Assembly (NCBI RefSeq): GCF_001194135.2
Contig: NC_068994.1
Coordinates: forward strand, 43,328,945-43,392,944
Source: Octopus bimaculoides
Lineage: Eukaryota
Reading direction: 5' to 3'
Length of the DNA stretch: 64,000 nt
The translations under genes and the position numbers were made by a program. Below are positions 25,368 to 38,035 of this stretch, piece after piece. A model generated the notes under the pieces. That model made no database searches, was not told the origin of the DNA, and saw only the letters and a program-made list of their open reading frames with translations. How positions within the stretch are numbered: position 1 is the first letter of the stretch; each line of letters begins with the position of its first letter.

Positions 25368-25477
25368 GAGAGAGCGCATGAGAGACAAAGGAATGAACTA
25401 ACTCTAATGGTAAAGATGGGGATCAATATGTATCTAAAGACAGAGAGGGGAAACAAAGAGTGAAAGACAGAGAGAGG

Positions 25478-25509
<32 letters not shown>

Positions 25510-26153
25510 GAGAGAGATGAAAGCATTGGTCCCAATGGTGATGGTGCTGGAGGAGGAGGAGGAGAAGGAGGAGCTATATTTTGATGAGCAGCAGATATAA
25601 AATGAGGATTTACACAGAAAAATAACTAACAATGTTTATAGATGAGAGAATATCCTTATAACAAAGCATAATATATCACAAATGCAGAAAATATTATGAA
25701 GATTTATAATTGCTTTGATATGCGTACATGTGTGCTGTGCTGTGTGTGTTTGCATTTGTGTATGTGGGGATGGAATGTGTGGTTGGGTGTTTGTGACAAT
25801 ATATGCACAAATATTACTATGTACATATGTGTACGTGTATGTGTGTCTGTGTGATGCTTTTATGAATTAAATTGGTATGTGTACCGTATGACTACTCTAT
25901 AAGTGTCTGTGTATATGAGTATATGAATGTGTGTGTGCATATGTGGTGTCTTTATGCATTAAATTGGCATGTGAACTGCATGACAACTACTTAGATATAT
26001 GTATAGAAGCATAAGATGAGCGCACAATAATGTGTTCAGGTAACTTGAGAAAATTGGATATAAGCAGTAAAGAGATATGTACACACATACACGCACATCC
26101 ATGCATGTGCATATATATTTACATATATGTATATATATTTAGTTATAATATGC

Positions 26154-26207
<54 letters not shown>

Positions 26208-26964
26208 NNNNNNNNNNATATTTATATATATATATATATATATGTATTTATATATATATATATATATATATCTGTATGTGTGTGTATATATAGATAGGTT
26301 GATATATAGATAGATAGATATAGATATATAATACATAAATATATATAGACACAAATGTATATATATATGTATATATGTGTATATGTATGTATGTATATGT
26401 ATGTACATACATACATATGCGTGTTTGTGCACGCAGGAAGTAAATGGATCTGTACAGGTTTTAACACTGCATATTCCAGTTGTTCACTGAACTGAACTGC
26501 TTAATCATGGAATTATTATAGTAAGCTGTTGAGTTTTCCACAGACACTTTAACTCTTAAATGTATTCTGCTGACAGAATCAGCGTATCAGTCTGTACAGA
26601 ATAAGTTTGGCCTTTTGAATTACTGGTAGAATCTACCTTGTGGGATTCCATACAGCTTCCGTCTACCCTATTTCATTCAGAACTGTTCTCCCTTTGAGAC
26701 TAGGTGACTTAACGTATATGATAAGTGAAAATGTTTGAAAATTGATTTCTTGTCTGAAAAGACATATGACAGTTCACAGAGATTATATTCCACAAAGTGA
26801 TTCAATCAATCCTGTGGAAATCACAATGTTCGTCTCCAATTTTTATTTCAAGCTATACAGATCTGCAGTGGAAGTGAGTAATCATCTGAGAGGTCATAAA
26901 TGGAAAGTCAGAAATACCATTATTAACAACAAGGAAGCTTAAGAGAAAACAACCATCAGTGAAG

Positions 26965-27190
26965 ATGAAGCAACCTGGCTCTCTGTCAGTTACAAATACA
27001 AGGGTTCTTGTTGATTTGATCAATGGAACAGTCCACTTTTGAAATACAGACACAGCTCATTTTTGCTATCTGAGTGAACTGAATCAACATGAAATAAAGT
27101 GTCTTGCCCAAGAATACAACACACAGCCAAGAATCAAATTCACAACCTTTATGATTGTGAGCTAAATAACCTAACCACCAAGCCACATGT
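26965..27190 (-). mobile_element. SINE family E, internally deleted copy
   Basis: Reverse complement of the head/CORE-like part and the ctgttccattgatca...gtaact..cagagagccag end of 19424-19746. Confidence 0.8.
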
Positions 27191-27222
27191 CTTCACTCTA
27201 TATGTAATCACTATCTATGTAT

Positions 27223-27391
27223 CATAGCCAGCTTAGCAATATTATGGGCCCCTGGGCAAATCATTGTACTGGGCTCAATAGCAATTATTTATTGACAACA
27301 AGCCATATCATACATAGATCAGAATTGAGCCCCTAAACCCATGAAGAGCCCTGGGCACTGTCCAGTGTGCCAATGTTTTAATACAGCACTG
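27223..27391. mobile_element. hAT-type MITE
   Basis: Decayed TIRs catagccagctt / aatacagcactg, internal ggcccctgggca and agccctgggca, 8-bp flanks ctatgtat / atatggat (6 of 8 match). Confidence 0.55.
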
Positions 27392-28539
27392 ATATGGATG
27401 TAGAGTCACTATCCATCCAACAGCTGGGAATGAGGGACCCCAAATCTTTATTTAAGCATCTCTCTAGGTCAAGAAAAACTAGCAGAATTCTGGTTTAAGC
27501 ACCTCATATAACCCCTTATAACTGTTTTATTTCAGAAAATTATAGTAAATTTGTGTCCTATACATGAGAATTCATATACTTATGAAAAATTTTTAAGCCC
27601 TTCCCCTCCTCTATGAATCCAAAAATTTCCACACTTCTTCAAAGTTTTTGTTTTTCAAATCAATTTAATATACAGACAGTCCAAATTTTTTGTTTAAATT
27701 CCAATAATGGACCACCCTTGGGTGCATCATCATTTCACATAATGTATTGATGAAGAGAAAAATATTGAAAAGCATCAATACATGTCATAGAGACAAAGAA
27801 ATGAGGAAGGTATAAGATGGTCATGATATATGCTAGAAACAACACCTAAATTGCCCTTAAATTACAAACAAATTAATTTTTTTGCTCTTTTTTCATAAAT
27901 GTATGAATTCCTGTGTTTAAAAAACAAATTTACAAAAATTTTCTGAAAATTCAAAAAAGGTAGAGAAGTTATGGGTGTGTTATTGGAGGCGCTTAAACCA
28001 GAATTCCAGCAGAAAACTTTGATATAACACCTGCAACTATCCAATGATGTAGGCTAATTTGCTTTGAGCAAATGTATACATTGTTTAGAGAGTAGGGTTG
28101 GCCCTGTGCAAGGTCTTTTCTCACTTTAATAAAAAGCCTCAAGCATAGGCATCACTTGATTTTTAACATCACTATCATGTGTTGTTGCATACTGTGGCTG
28201 ACTCTAGTTGTAAAAGGCAAAACACTCAATGAACAATCTAATGATAGCATGAAGCATTATCAATGTGGGTGGTAAGCGCTTTGAACACCTACTGCAAGAG
28301 ATATCCATTGTTGAACACCTACTGCAAAAGAATGTCTCTTTCAGGACTAAAAGCCACATCCATGCTGCTCATGTTAAAAAGAACAATCAAATGACATCAT
28401 TGCTTGAAATCAAGTTGCGGTTGTCATGAGGTATGTTCTCTTCTGGTTTTGAGAATTCAGATTCTTTTTCTGAGGAAGGAGCTGGTTTCTAACAAAGACA
28501 AAAAGACCCATCATTGGAATGTGGATAACAAAAACAGAG

Positions 28540-28700
28540 GTGCCATCATGTGTAGAACCAACCAGGCCCAGCAGTGTTCCCTATTGCTGGTGGTTTCAGG
28601 CCAGTCCTGCTGCATCCTCCAAGATGATATTGTGCCTGTGGAAATGTTCCTTAATCATGTCCGACCATCATGCTTTATTTCCACTCATCCAACCACACTA
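28540..28700 (-). pseudogene. Decayed RTE-like LINE 3'-terminal fragment
   Basis: Minus strand reads WSDMIKEHFHRHNIILEDAAGLA*NHQQ*GTLL, like the RTE C-terminal W.D.IK...A.DR..WR motif. Confidence 0.35.
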
Positions 28701-28904
28701 TCTATAATGGTATTTTTTTATACGGCTACAAAAATGCACTATTACATTACATCTACTTTGCTAGTACATTGTTCGACCCATAAAAAATGAATTAAAAAAA
28801 TATATAAGCTTGAAAGTGAAATGTGCTGAAACTTTGAAGTCACTATCGACATTTTCCTAGTAACAAAAAACATGAATATATGCATATGCACATACACATA
28901 TGCA

Positions 28905-29130
28905 TAGCTTTTATCTTTCATTTTTTGAAATTGTATTAGACTGTGGCCATGCTGGAACACCACCTTGAAGGACTTTAGTCAATGAGTTGACCCTAGTACA
29001 GTTTTTTCTTAAACCTGATACTTGCTTAATTGGTCCCTTTTGCTGAACCACTAAGTTACAGAGATGCAAATACATCAATACCAGTTGTGAAGCAGTAGTT
29101 GGCATGGACAAACACAGACACAAAGACACA
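28905..29130 (-). mobile_element. SINE family A 3' module
   Basis: gactgtggccatgctggaacaccacc...ttttgctgaaccactaagttacag...ccagttgtgaagcag...ggacaaacacagac. Confidence 0.85.
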
Positions 29131-29135
29131 CACAC

Positions 29136-29210
<75 letters not shown>

Positions 29211-29546
29211 TATGTGTGTGTGTGTGTATGTATAATTATATAGATATATACACATAAATGCATACATTTATCCATACATGTGTAAAATAAATTACAATTG
29301 TTCCCCCAACACAATGACATTTTGTCAGTCAGTGTCAATTCAAAGTTTATATTCCAATCACAGTAAAGTGACAAACAACTCGCAGCTTGCAGAAAGATAG
29401 CAAATTGCTGGCCAGTGAACTGTTTTGACCTACTTGTTCTCTTAAACTGTGACAGAAGTTACAACTTACACAACTTAACTGCAATTTAGCTTGCCTGCTT
29501 ACAACCCTGTTGACAACACCACATTCTCTCTTTTCCTCATTCTCAG

Positions 29547-29688
29547 ACTATGGGAATGGCCTAAAATATCAGATTGTTCCTCTGAATATATTGTAGATGA
29601 TGAATTGATAGAATCATTTGAGTGTGGGATAAAATGCTGCGCAGTATTTGTTTCAGCTCTCTGCTCTTCAAATTCCTCTAATATCAAG
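29547..29688 (+). CDS. Candidate exon (142 bp, phase 2/0) LWEWPKISDCSSEYIVDDELIESFECGIKCCAVFVSALCSSNSSNIK
   Basis: Strong pyrimidine tract ctctcttttcctcattctcAG; open frame; weak donor GTTTAC. The opposite strand is also open, so ambiguous. Confidence 0.22.
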
Positions 29689-30084
29689 GTTTACCTTTCG
29701 TCTTTTCAGAGTCAATGAAATAAAATACCAGTCTAGACAAGGGGGTTGGCAGAATGGTTAAAATTTTGTGGTGCCAACACCGGGTCATTCAGTGTCCTTA
29801 ACACTGTATTCTCTGTTCCCTACTTTCAGCCCAGGCTCCTAATTTTATGATAATTTCAACATTGTACCCACGTTTGATTGGACACTTCCTCATTCTTTCT
29901 AATTAAATGATAAAAAAATCTAGATGCTTCTAGGAACCACACTATTTATCTAGCTGCAAACTGACCAGTTCGTATGTATGTGTGTATGTATGTATGTATG
30001 TATGTGTGTGTGTGTGTGTGCATGTGTGCATGGCTGCAAAATGAGCTTTCTAACCACACAGTCATACCTGCACCTAGTTCAATG

Positions 30085-30232
30085 TAACTGATTATATAGT
30101 GCCCTTAAGTTCACTAAGGTCAACTTTACTTTTCATCTATTCAGGGTCAGTAAATAAAACACCACGGTCAAGCACTCTTATCAATTTAATCCCATGATCC
30201 CTGACCTTATACCTATATAAGAAATTATCATT
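30085..30232 (+). mobile_element. Decayed SINE family C
   Basis: aagttcactaaggtcaactttacttttcatctattcagggtcagtaaat...ccttatacctatataagaaattatcatt. Confidence 0.65.
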
Positions 30233-30559
30233 TCTCATGACTCATTGTCTTCTTTTTTATGCTTTCATTGCACTATCTATGATAGTTCTGTGCTTATTAG
30301 GTACAGGCCATATTTTGGCTTCGTATTTTTCACTGTGTCAAAATGAATCTACATATATGTAGATGATATTAGTTTTTTGTATGTATAATATATATAAGCC
30401 CTGTTATTTTGGTTATGTATTTGTTTGAGTGTTTTTAGAATAATTCACGAAATCTCAATTATTATAGAGCTTGTTTCTATTTTCCATACCCAACATTCTA
30501 GTTATCGTTATTTTCATACCTTTATATTTAGATAATTTCTGTCAGGTCGTTGGTTTCAT

Positions 30560-30942
30560 TTTAAGCATTGGACCTCATGGAGGCAAAGTGGCCAAATTCC
30601 TTTTGAGCACTGGGTGTCGTAGAAGCAAAGTGGCTGAGCTCCTTTCAAGTTTTGGTCCTCACAGAGGCAATGACCGAGACTTTTGGCATTATGTCATGCT
30701 TGAAAAGAAGACCCATCAAGCCGAGCAAAATCACAGTCATGGTAGATACCGGTGTCATGCAAATGGCACCCATGCCAGTGACACGTAAAAGCACCCATCA
30801 CACTCTCAGAGTGGTTGGTGTTTGGAAGGACATCCAACTATAGAATTCCATGCCAAACCAGACTGGAGTCTGGTGCAGCCTTCCAGCTTACCAGCCCTGG
30901 TCAAACCATCCAACTCATGCCAGCATGGACGACAGACATTAA

Positions 30943-31025
<83 letters not shown>

Positions 31026-31040
31026 GATGATGGTGATGAT
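30560..31040 (+). mobile_element. Longer, older family B element with (GAT)n tail (30943-31040)
   Basis: gacacgtaaaagcacccatcacactctcagagtggttgg...ggaaggacatccaac...ccagcatggacgacagacattaaatgatgat. Confidence 0.85.
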
Positions 31041-31389
31041 TAAGAATGAAATGCCCAATTTTGTACTGAAAGTTTATTTTACTTTATCTTTTCAATGTTG
31101 TAAAACAAAGAATTGTCAGGATAAAACTTTAGAGTTTAAGACTGTCAAACTTGGTGCACAAGAAAATTGGACATTTCATTCTTAATGACCTGATACATAT
31201 ATTCCTTGGCCCCCTTGTATACCTGAGTATCCATAGGCATATATATTTATTTATATATTTATTTATATATGTACTTTATATGAATGTTAATGTTGATGTA
31301 AAATTTATTATATAACTAACAAGATTATGAAACAGCTGTAAACAAATGAAATAAATATCTACTCTGTCTCCTCACTTTTCTTATCTGTT

Positions 31390-31925
31390 CTAGTGCTGGA
31401 GCACTGCTTTCTAGTCAAAGAAATCAACCCAAGGATTTATCCTTTGTAAACCTGTTGCTTACTCTATCGGTTTCTTTTGCTGAACCACTAATTTATAGGA
31501 TCGTAAACACACCAGCATTGGTTGTCAAGCAATGGTGTGTGGGGGTGGGGTGGGGGGATGCAAACACAAATACAAAGACACACACACATAAATATATATA
31601 TACATATATCCGATGGGCTTCTTTCAGTTTCAGCCTACCAAATCCACTCACAAGGCTTTGGTTGGCCTGAGACTATAGTAGAAGGTACTTGCATGAGGCA
31701 GACGTGGTCGCAGTAATTTTTTGAAGAGAAGGAACAAGGTCAGAAGGGTGCAGCTATTAAATCAAATTAGAAGTAATAACATTATTTAGAAGGGTGAACT
31801 TCTTTTCTTGAGGGGGCAGGGTGCATGTGCCCTTCAAAGCCTCCACCGCCTTGGGTCCACCCCAGCAAGGTGCCAGATGGTAGAACTGAACATGAAACCA
31901 TGTGGTAGGGAAGCAAGCTTCTATG
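31390..31925 (-). mobile_element. SINE family A interrupted at 31692-31865 by a MITE-like insert
   Basis: SINE text gtagaaggtacttg resumes as caaggtgcc after about 174 bp bounded by catgaggcagac / gggtccaccccag. Confidence 0.8.
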
Positions 31926-32296
31926 TATATGTATATATATATGTATGTATGTATTTATATATCTTACCTTGAAATAACATAAATAGTGAATGGTTCAAAA
32001 GTTGCTAACAGAGATAGCAGCCAAAAACATGTTGATATTATATACAAAGACACTATTATTAATGTCGATGTATCATTCCTTGTGGCACATTAACTATAAG
32101 GTAATGATGTTAAATCCCTTGCCAAAGGTTGTGTTTTTTATCATGACACTTTCAAGCCTTAGTTTGCCTCACTGGATGATAATGGTTATTCTGTAATAGT
32201 TAATATATTTTCTCTTGGCTGATTGATATTACATAAATAGATAATAAAGCTGGACAATACAAGTCATGAGCTGTGCGGAAACAATTATCTTTTCAG

Positions 32297-32349
32297 TTGC
32301 GACAGTAATACATGCCAGATTTATACAGTAACCATATGTAATAGACAGA
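32297..32349 (+). CDS. Candidate exon (53 bp, phase 2/1) xCDSNTCQIYTVTICNRQ
   Basis: attatcttttcAG acceptor, consensus GTAAGT donor, single open frame. Confidence 0.3.
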
Positions 32350-32839
32350 GTAAGTTATGTTACTAAACAGCGAAAAGAGAAAATACATTTATTTCAGAAT
32401 TTTCTCAGGACTGTTCCATAGTAAACAGTAGAAAATATCATTAGATTGGATTTGGCTAACATGTGCCAGGCCATCTTTGAGTCAGCAAAAAATAGTTTAA
32501 ACACGCAGGTCAGGAAAAATATCTGTTTGTCACTGGAGTTGAGGATGGTTGCTGAAAATGAACAATGAGAAAATGCAGATAGTCAGCGTGTGTAAATGTA
32601 CACACACACACACAGACGTGCATGCACACATACATACACACAGAGTCACACATGCATTAATATGCATGCTTGTGTGCATATGTATATATATTCACACACA
32701 GAGACATACATATACAGACACATACAAATATACACATACACATATACACATACAAATATACACATGCTTACATCTACTTATATGTATATTATATTTATCT
32801 CTCTCACTATCTGTCTATATATATATGTGTCTGTGTGTA

Positions 32840-32899
<60 letters not shown>

Positions 32900-32970
32900 A
32901 ATACATAGAGTAAGTAACTTCGAAGTTACTGTTACCTTTTAAAGAATAAAACTGTGTGTATATATATGTG

Positions 32971-33039
<69 letters not shown>

Positions 33040-33101
33040 TTATTTATAAATGTATATATATGTGTGTGCATATATGTGTAACATATGTGTGTATATATGT
33101 A

Positions 33102-33153
<52 letters not shown>

Positions 33154-33734
33154 TATACACATATAGATATATAAATACACACACATATACATACATGAAT
33201 ATACATGTATAAATATCTATAAACATACTACTCAGACACACAAATATACACACCCGCATATACATATGTTTGTGCACATATATATGTATGTATTTGTATA
33301 CACATATGCACACACCCATACACACATACTCACACATATACCAGACACACAGGCAGACAGACAGACAGACAGACTGATAAATAGATATATAGATATACTG
33401 TTACCATCATCTAATATCCAGTTAAACATTGTCAGACACTGGCTTTTATCTACTGGCAGAAAATTATTGAGAAGCAGAAGCAAAGTAAAAACTGGCTATG
33501 CTAAAAACAAATGAGTTATCCAACGACTTTGAGAAGTGAATCTCATATATATTTTAGAAGCAGCTGCGGTTCTCTGAAGAAATAAAGAAATAATCCAATA
33601 TTCTAATGGTCCTAGTGTTGAAGTGACCGGAAAAAGAATATTTATTAAAGTTTGTGTGGGGAAATCCAAGACAATACACACAGCCATATGCTCAAACACA
33701 CATGTGTGTGTGTATATATAAATGTGTGTGTGTT

Positions 33735-33787
<53 letters not shown>

Positions 33788-34939
33788 GTACACACATACA
33801 TATATATATGTGTGTACACATATATATATAAATATATGTATGTACACATATATATACGTTAATATATATATGTGTGTGTATGTAAGTATATAAATACACA
33901 TATATAAAACACATAAACATATATCTATATATATATTCATATGTATGCATACATATTTATATATATGCATGTATGTGTTTATACATATACTGTTATATAT
34001 ATGCCTCTATATATTTGTATTTCTTTTCTTTTTTGTTTGCTTTTTTTTTTTTTGTCTGTATTTGAAAAGACAGTTGCTGTGTGCCTGCCATGCACGTTAG
34101 CATAAGCTCCAGATTAAAGGTATAAATATTCAGAACTGATATGAAGCTGGCTCCGATGGTGGGGGATTATATTGTTTCAGCAGCTTATAAAGACATCAAT
34201 ACCATATAATATTGATTCAGTTGATAGTCTATTGATTTTTCTAGCCTTATTCTTGGCACAAACCAACAAACCGAAAATTATCCAAAAACCTAACCAAAAG
34301 GTTTATATATTAGAATAATGAAGCAAATTTTCCTATTGAAAATGAGAATTTTGTTATTGAGAATGAGAATTTTTCTCATGCCATACATAATTCTAAATTT
34401 CAGACTCTTTGACTAACATTAACCAAAGAAATTTTAAATATTTCTTTTCCTTCTTTTTAAATTGACTTTACAGATTATACATGTATATATGTGTATGTGT
34501 CTATATATAAATATATACATATAAATATATACATATATATNNNNNNNNNNNNNNNNNNNNNNNNNNNNNNNNNNNNNNNNNNNNNNNNNNNNNTATATAT
34601 ATATATATATATATATATGCATATATACTGTATGCATCTATGTCAGTTTCTTGTGGTAAAGTTAATTCTTTGTTTTTGGAATTGTTTTTGAATTTTTATA
34701 GCTTTGCTTTTGGGATTTTATCTTTCTTTTCGTTTTTTTTTTGGGGGGGTTTGATGAGACAGCAATGATTACAAAATGATAAGAAACTAACAGCTCTAGT
34801 GAAGACAACGAGGATGTCATTACGTGGTTGCTTGACTTGCTAGAAATTGTAGTCAAATCCCCCAAACCCCCTTCAAATCAAGAACTACTTTCTCAGAAAA
34901 TTGATAATGTATCTTAGATGATGCATATTCTAAGGGATG

Positions 34940-35131
34940 TGCTTTCAATCAAGTGTCTGCTCAATCAAAGGTCTGCTCAATCAAAAGTCTGCTCAGTCAA
35001 AGGTCTTCTCAATCAAAGGTTTTCTCAATCAAAAGTTTTTTCAATCAAAGGTCTTCTCAATCAAAGGTTTGCTCAATCAAAAGTCTGCTCAGTCAATGGT
35101 CTACTAAATCAAAGGTCTACTCAATCAAAGA
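34940..35131 (+). repeat. 16-bp minisatellite (tctgctcaatcaaagg), 12 units, with higher-order periodicity
   Basis: Units counted from 34940 in exact 16-bp register. Confidence 0.95.
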
Positions 35132-35586
35132 TGACATTGGGTTAAACCACAGCAACAACAGCAGTTGTGGCATCAATTTCCAGCTCTGTTATATTGAAAA
35201 CTTTAACTTACCATATTTAAGAACTGTATATATATTCTTAAAGATATTAATTCTCAGACATTTTTCATTTTCAGCCTGGAACATTACACTTTGATTTAAC
35301 TCCTTTATAGCCATATTTCTGAGGAAATACACCACATTTGTGTCAATTAATTATGAAAATAATAAAAGATGTCATAATTGGTGGTATATGGAACATAAAT
35401 TTACACAAAATTTTGATGGTGTGTTTTAATTTATATCACTCTGAACAGAAAGCAATCTCATATGGGTTAGTGTCAAAAGGGGAGACACTCTCCTTCTAAT
35501 AAAGCTAATGTAAAAAATCATAAACTTCTATAACAATTGCCACAAGGAGTAAAGAGTTTATTTTGGGTTGTTGCCATTTGTCTTAG

Positions 35587-35636
35587 ATTGAGGAAGATAC
35601 AGAAAGCTTTGAGCTAGAAGCATTATTTACCAGTCA
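35587..35636 (+). CDS. Candidate exon (50 bp, phase 0/2) IEEDTESFELEALFTS
   Basis: ccatttgtcttAG acceptor, GTAATT donor, single open frame. Confidence 0.22.
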
Positions 35637-35794
35637 GTAATTTTTTTTTTAAGACCCCCCTCTCTCTCTTACTTCTGCTTTTTTTTTAACTCTAGGGCTC
35701 ATAAGGACAGTTATTTGAGTTCTGTGGCATATAAGTGACTGAGATTATTGCATTCTCCCTGAACAGGATGCCAGTTCATTGCAGAGTTCAAGAG

Positions 35795-35965
35795 CAGCAA
35801 TTTTAAGGAGTGGGGTCTAGTCGATTATATTAAACTCAGTACTTAACTGGTACTTCATTTCATCAACCCTGAAAGCATGACAAGCAAAGCTGAGTTTGGC
35901 AGGATTTTAATTCAGGATGTAAAGAGCCGGAAAAATACCACTATGCATTTTGCCCAATATGCTGT
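35795..35965 (-). mobile_element. SINE family C
   Basis: ctagtcgattatattaaactcagtacttaactggtacttcatttcatcaaccctgaaagcatga...gcaggattttaattcagg. Confidence 0.75.
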
Positions 35966-36834
35966 TCAACAAACTCCACACCCCACCAACTAATTACTCT
36001 CAATATATACTATTACCAATTTATTGGATTCCAGCTGTTATCCTATAGTATCTATACTGAAATTCTGTTTGACATCTCAGATCTATAAGCAAAGCAAATT
36101 TGCAAATTCTATTTGATTGAAACTGTTTTTGGTTGTTGAAACTATGATCAGTTACAACATTCTTTACTTATCACTGTGTTTAAATATGTTACTACAGAGC
36201 AGCATCCTTTTCCCTTTTTTTTAGGAAATTACATCTATAATTCTTTTTTATATCAATTTGCCCAAACTGTCCCCAGTTCTTTGATGCAAACTTGCTGTTT
36301 TAAATTAATCTAAATTATTTTTTAAAAATAAATCTAAATCAAAATCTTCCTTCAAAATTTCATTGTAATTTAAGTCTCAAACACCAACTAAAGAAGGTTA
36401 AGGTTATTTTACTAAATTTTTCATTGTTTTTAAAATTAATTGAAACAAATCCAATACAGAAATATGGTGAGAAAAGTGTTAATGTACACAAATAATTTTT
36501 TTAATATTTATGCAAAAGCAAAAAAAAATCAAAAAATTAGCTTTGTCTTAAATCATAAGAATTTCTATCTACTATGTTTGTATTTGTCATGAGAACGTTG
36601 TTCTATGTTAACAAATTGTAGCCTTTGAATACACAAGATCCGAGTAATTTCTCTTAAAATGACAGTGATATAATTTGATGGATCTTGCCAAAGTTAAGAG
36701 TCTAGTTTTGATCTTATTGTTGTCAGCTTCAAATGATTACATCAGTTTAATCACCTTCTGTACATAACAGAAAACCGGTGACCAGATCTATGATATCTAG
36801 CTTTGTGAGTGTTCAAAGACATACTTGGATATGC

Positions 36835-37015
36835 AATCTCTTACAGCAGCATTTCTCCCAGCTTTTTCAATTCTGAGTTCAAATTCCACTGGGGTCAACT
36901 TAACATTTCATCCTTTCACAGTCAATATGATAAAATACGATAAGTAACAGTTGAGCACAAAATTGATATAATTGGTCGGCCTCCTCCCCACAAATTTGAG
37001 GCTATAGCAGAAATA
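36835..37015 (+). mobile_element. SINE family C
   Basis: ttctgagttcaaattccactggggtcaacttaacatttcatcc...aaatttgaggctatagcagaaataatgattatt. Confidence 0.75.
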
Positions 37016-37016
37016 A

Positions 37017-37950
37017 TGATTATTATTATTATTATGTGATGAAAACTCACAGCTTATTTTGCTGCGTATGAAGGTGAGTATCAGCTATCTACAGCCAGCA
37101 GACTAAGGTGATTGGTCATGCTTCAAGAACCCAGCAAAGAATTCTTGCAGTTCCAAGCAATGCTGATTTTTGTAGATGTTCTACCTTCATGCTTGCACTA
37201 ATCTTTTTTAGCCATGTTGGTAGTTGGGTGCTGATACTTCCAAGTGCACCAATTACTACTTGTATCACGTCTACTCTCCTCATTGACAACAACCTTCGTA
37301 TTTCCCACTTCAAATCTTCAAAGTTGTTTATTTTTTTTCTTATTTTTTCACATTGATTCTGTTGTCCAGTTTCCGATGTCTGGTCAGGTGATTGCACCGG
37401 AATATTTTATCCCACAGGATTTTGCAATTCTCATTCTCGGTGACTCCTTCTGGGGTTTTCTCATACCATGTCTTTGCTCTTTGTAGGCAGGTGATTTCCA
37501 CAGAGCTCCCAATGGATCATTCTTGCCACATTGTCATGGTGTCTTTTATATTCATGGTGTGCCAATTTCAGCCTCTCACTCACAATATGCCCTACTGTTT
37601 CAACCCTAACACTGCACATTCTGCATTTGTCGCTGTCAGTAGTTTTGTCTATTCTGCACTTCACATAGTTGGTCCTTAACACTTGTTCTTGAGCTGTGCA
37701 TATGAGTGCTTTTGTCTCTATCTTCAGGTCACTCCTTCTCATCCATAGCCACTGGTCCTCTGAATCTGTCTTCGTGTTTACATCCCTTGGAAAGTGACTG
37801 TACTTTTTTTTCCTTCTATGTTTTTTCTTTTTTGATGTTCATGTCTTGTTTAAATTTTTCTTTCATTACACAACTTTCAGTTTTGATAACACTGGCCTTC
37901 TTCGTATGTTTTTACAATGGCTTCACAGCACTTTTTATATACCATCCTAA
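37017..37950 (-). pseudogene. 5'-truncated R4/Dong-like non-LTR retrotransposon: CCHC knuckle plus restriction-like endonuclease region, 3' UTR and (TAA)n tail
   Basis: Minus strand reads WLWMRRSDLKIETKALICTAQEQVLRTNY...CRMCSVRVETVGHIVSE...HDNVARMIHWELC...WYEKTPEGVTENENCKILWD...EDLKWEIRRL...VIGALGSI...LQKSALLGTARIL..LEA*; frameshifted. Confidence 0.88.
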
Positions 37951-37964
37951 GCTATTATTATTAC

Positions 37965-38021
<57 letters not shown>

Positions 38022-38035
38022 CATCATTATTATTA

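Noticed and set aside
31968-32199. Strong donors on both strands near 31968 (minus) and 32101 (plus)
   Set aside because: Frames from the good acceptors contain stops; the remaining options need poor acceptors.
34940-35131. CRISPR-like appearance of regular repeats
   Set aside because: Contiguous 16-bp units with no unique spacers, eukaryotic context, no cas genes.
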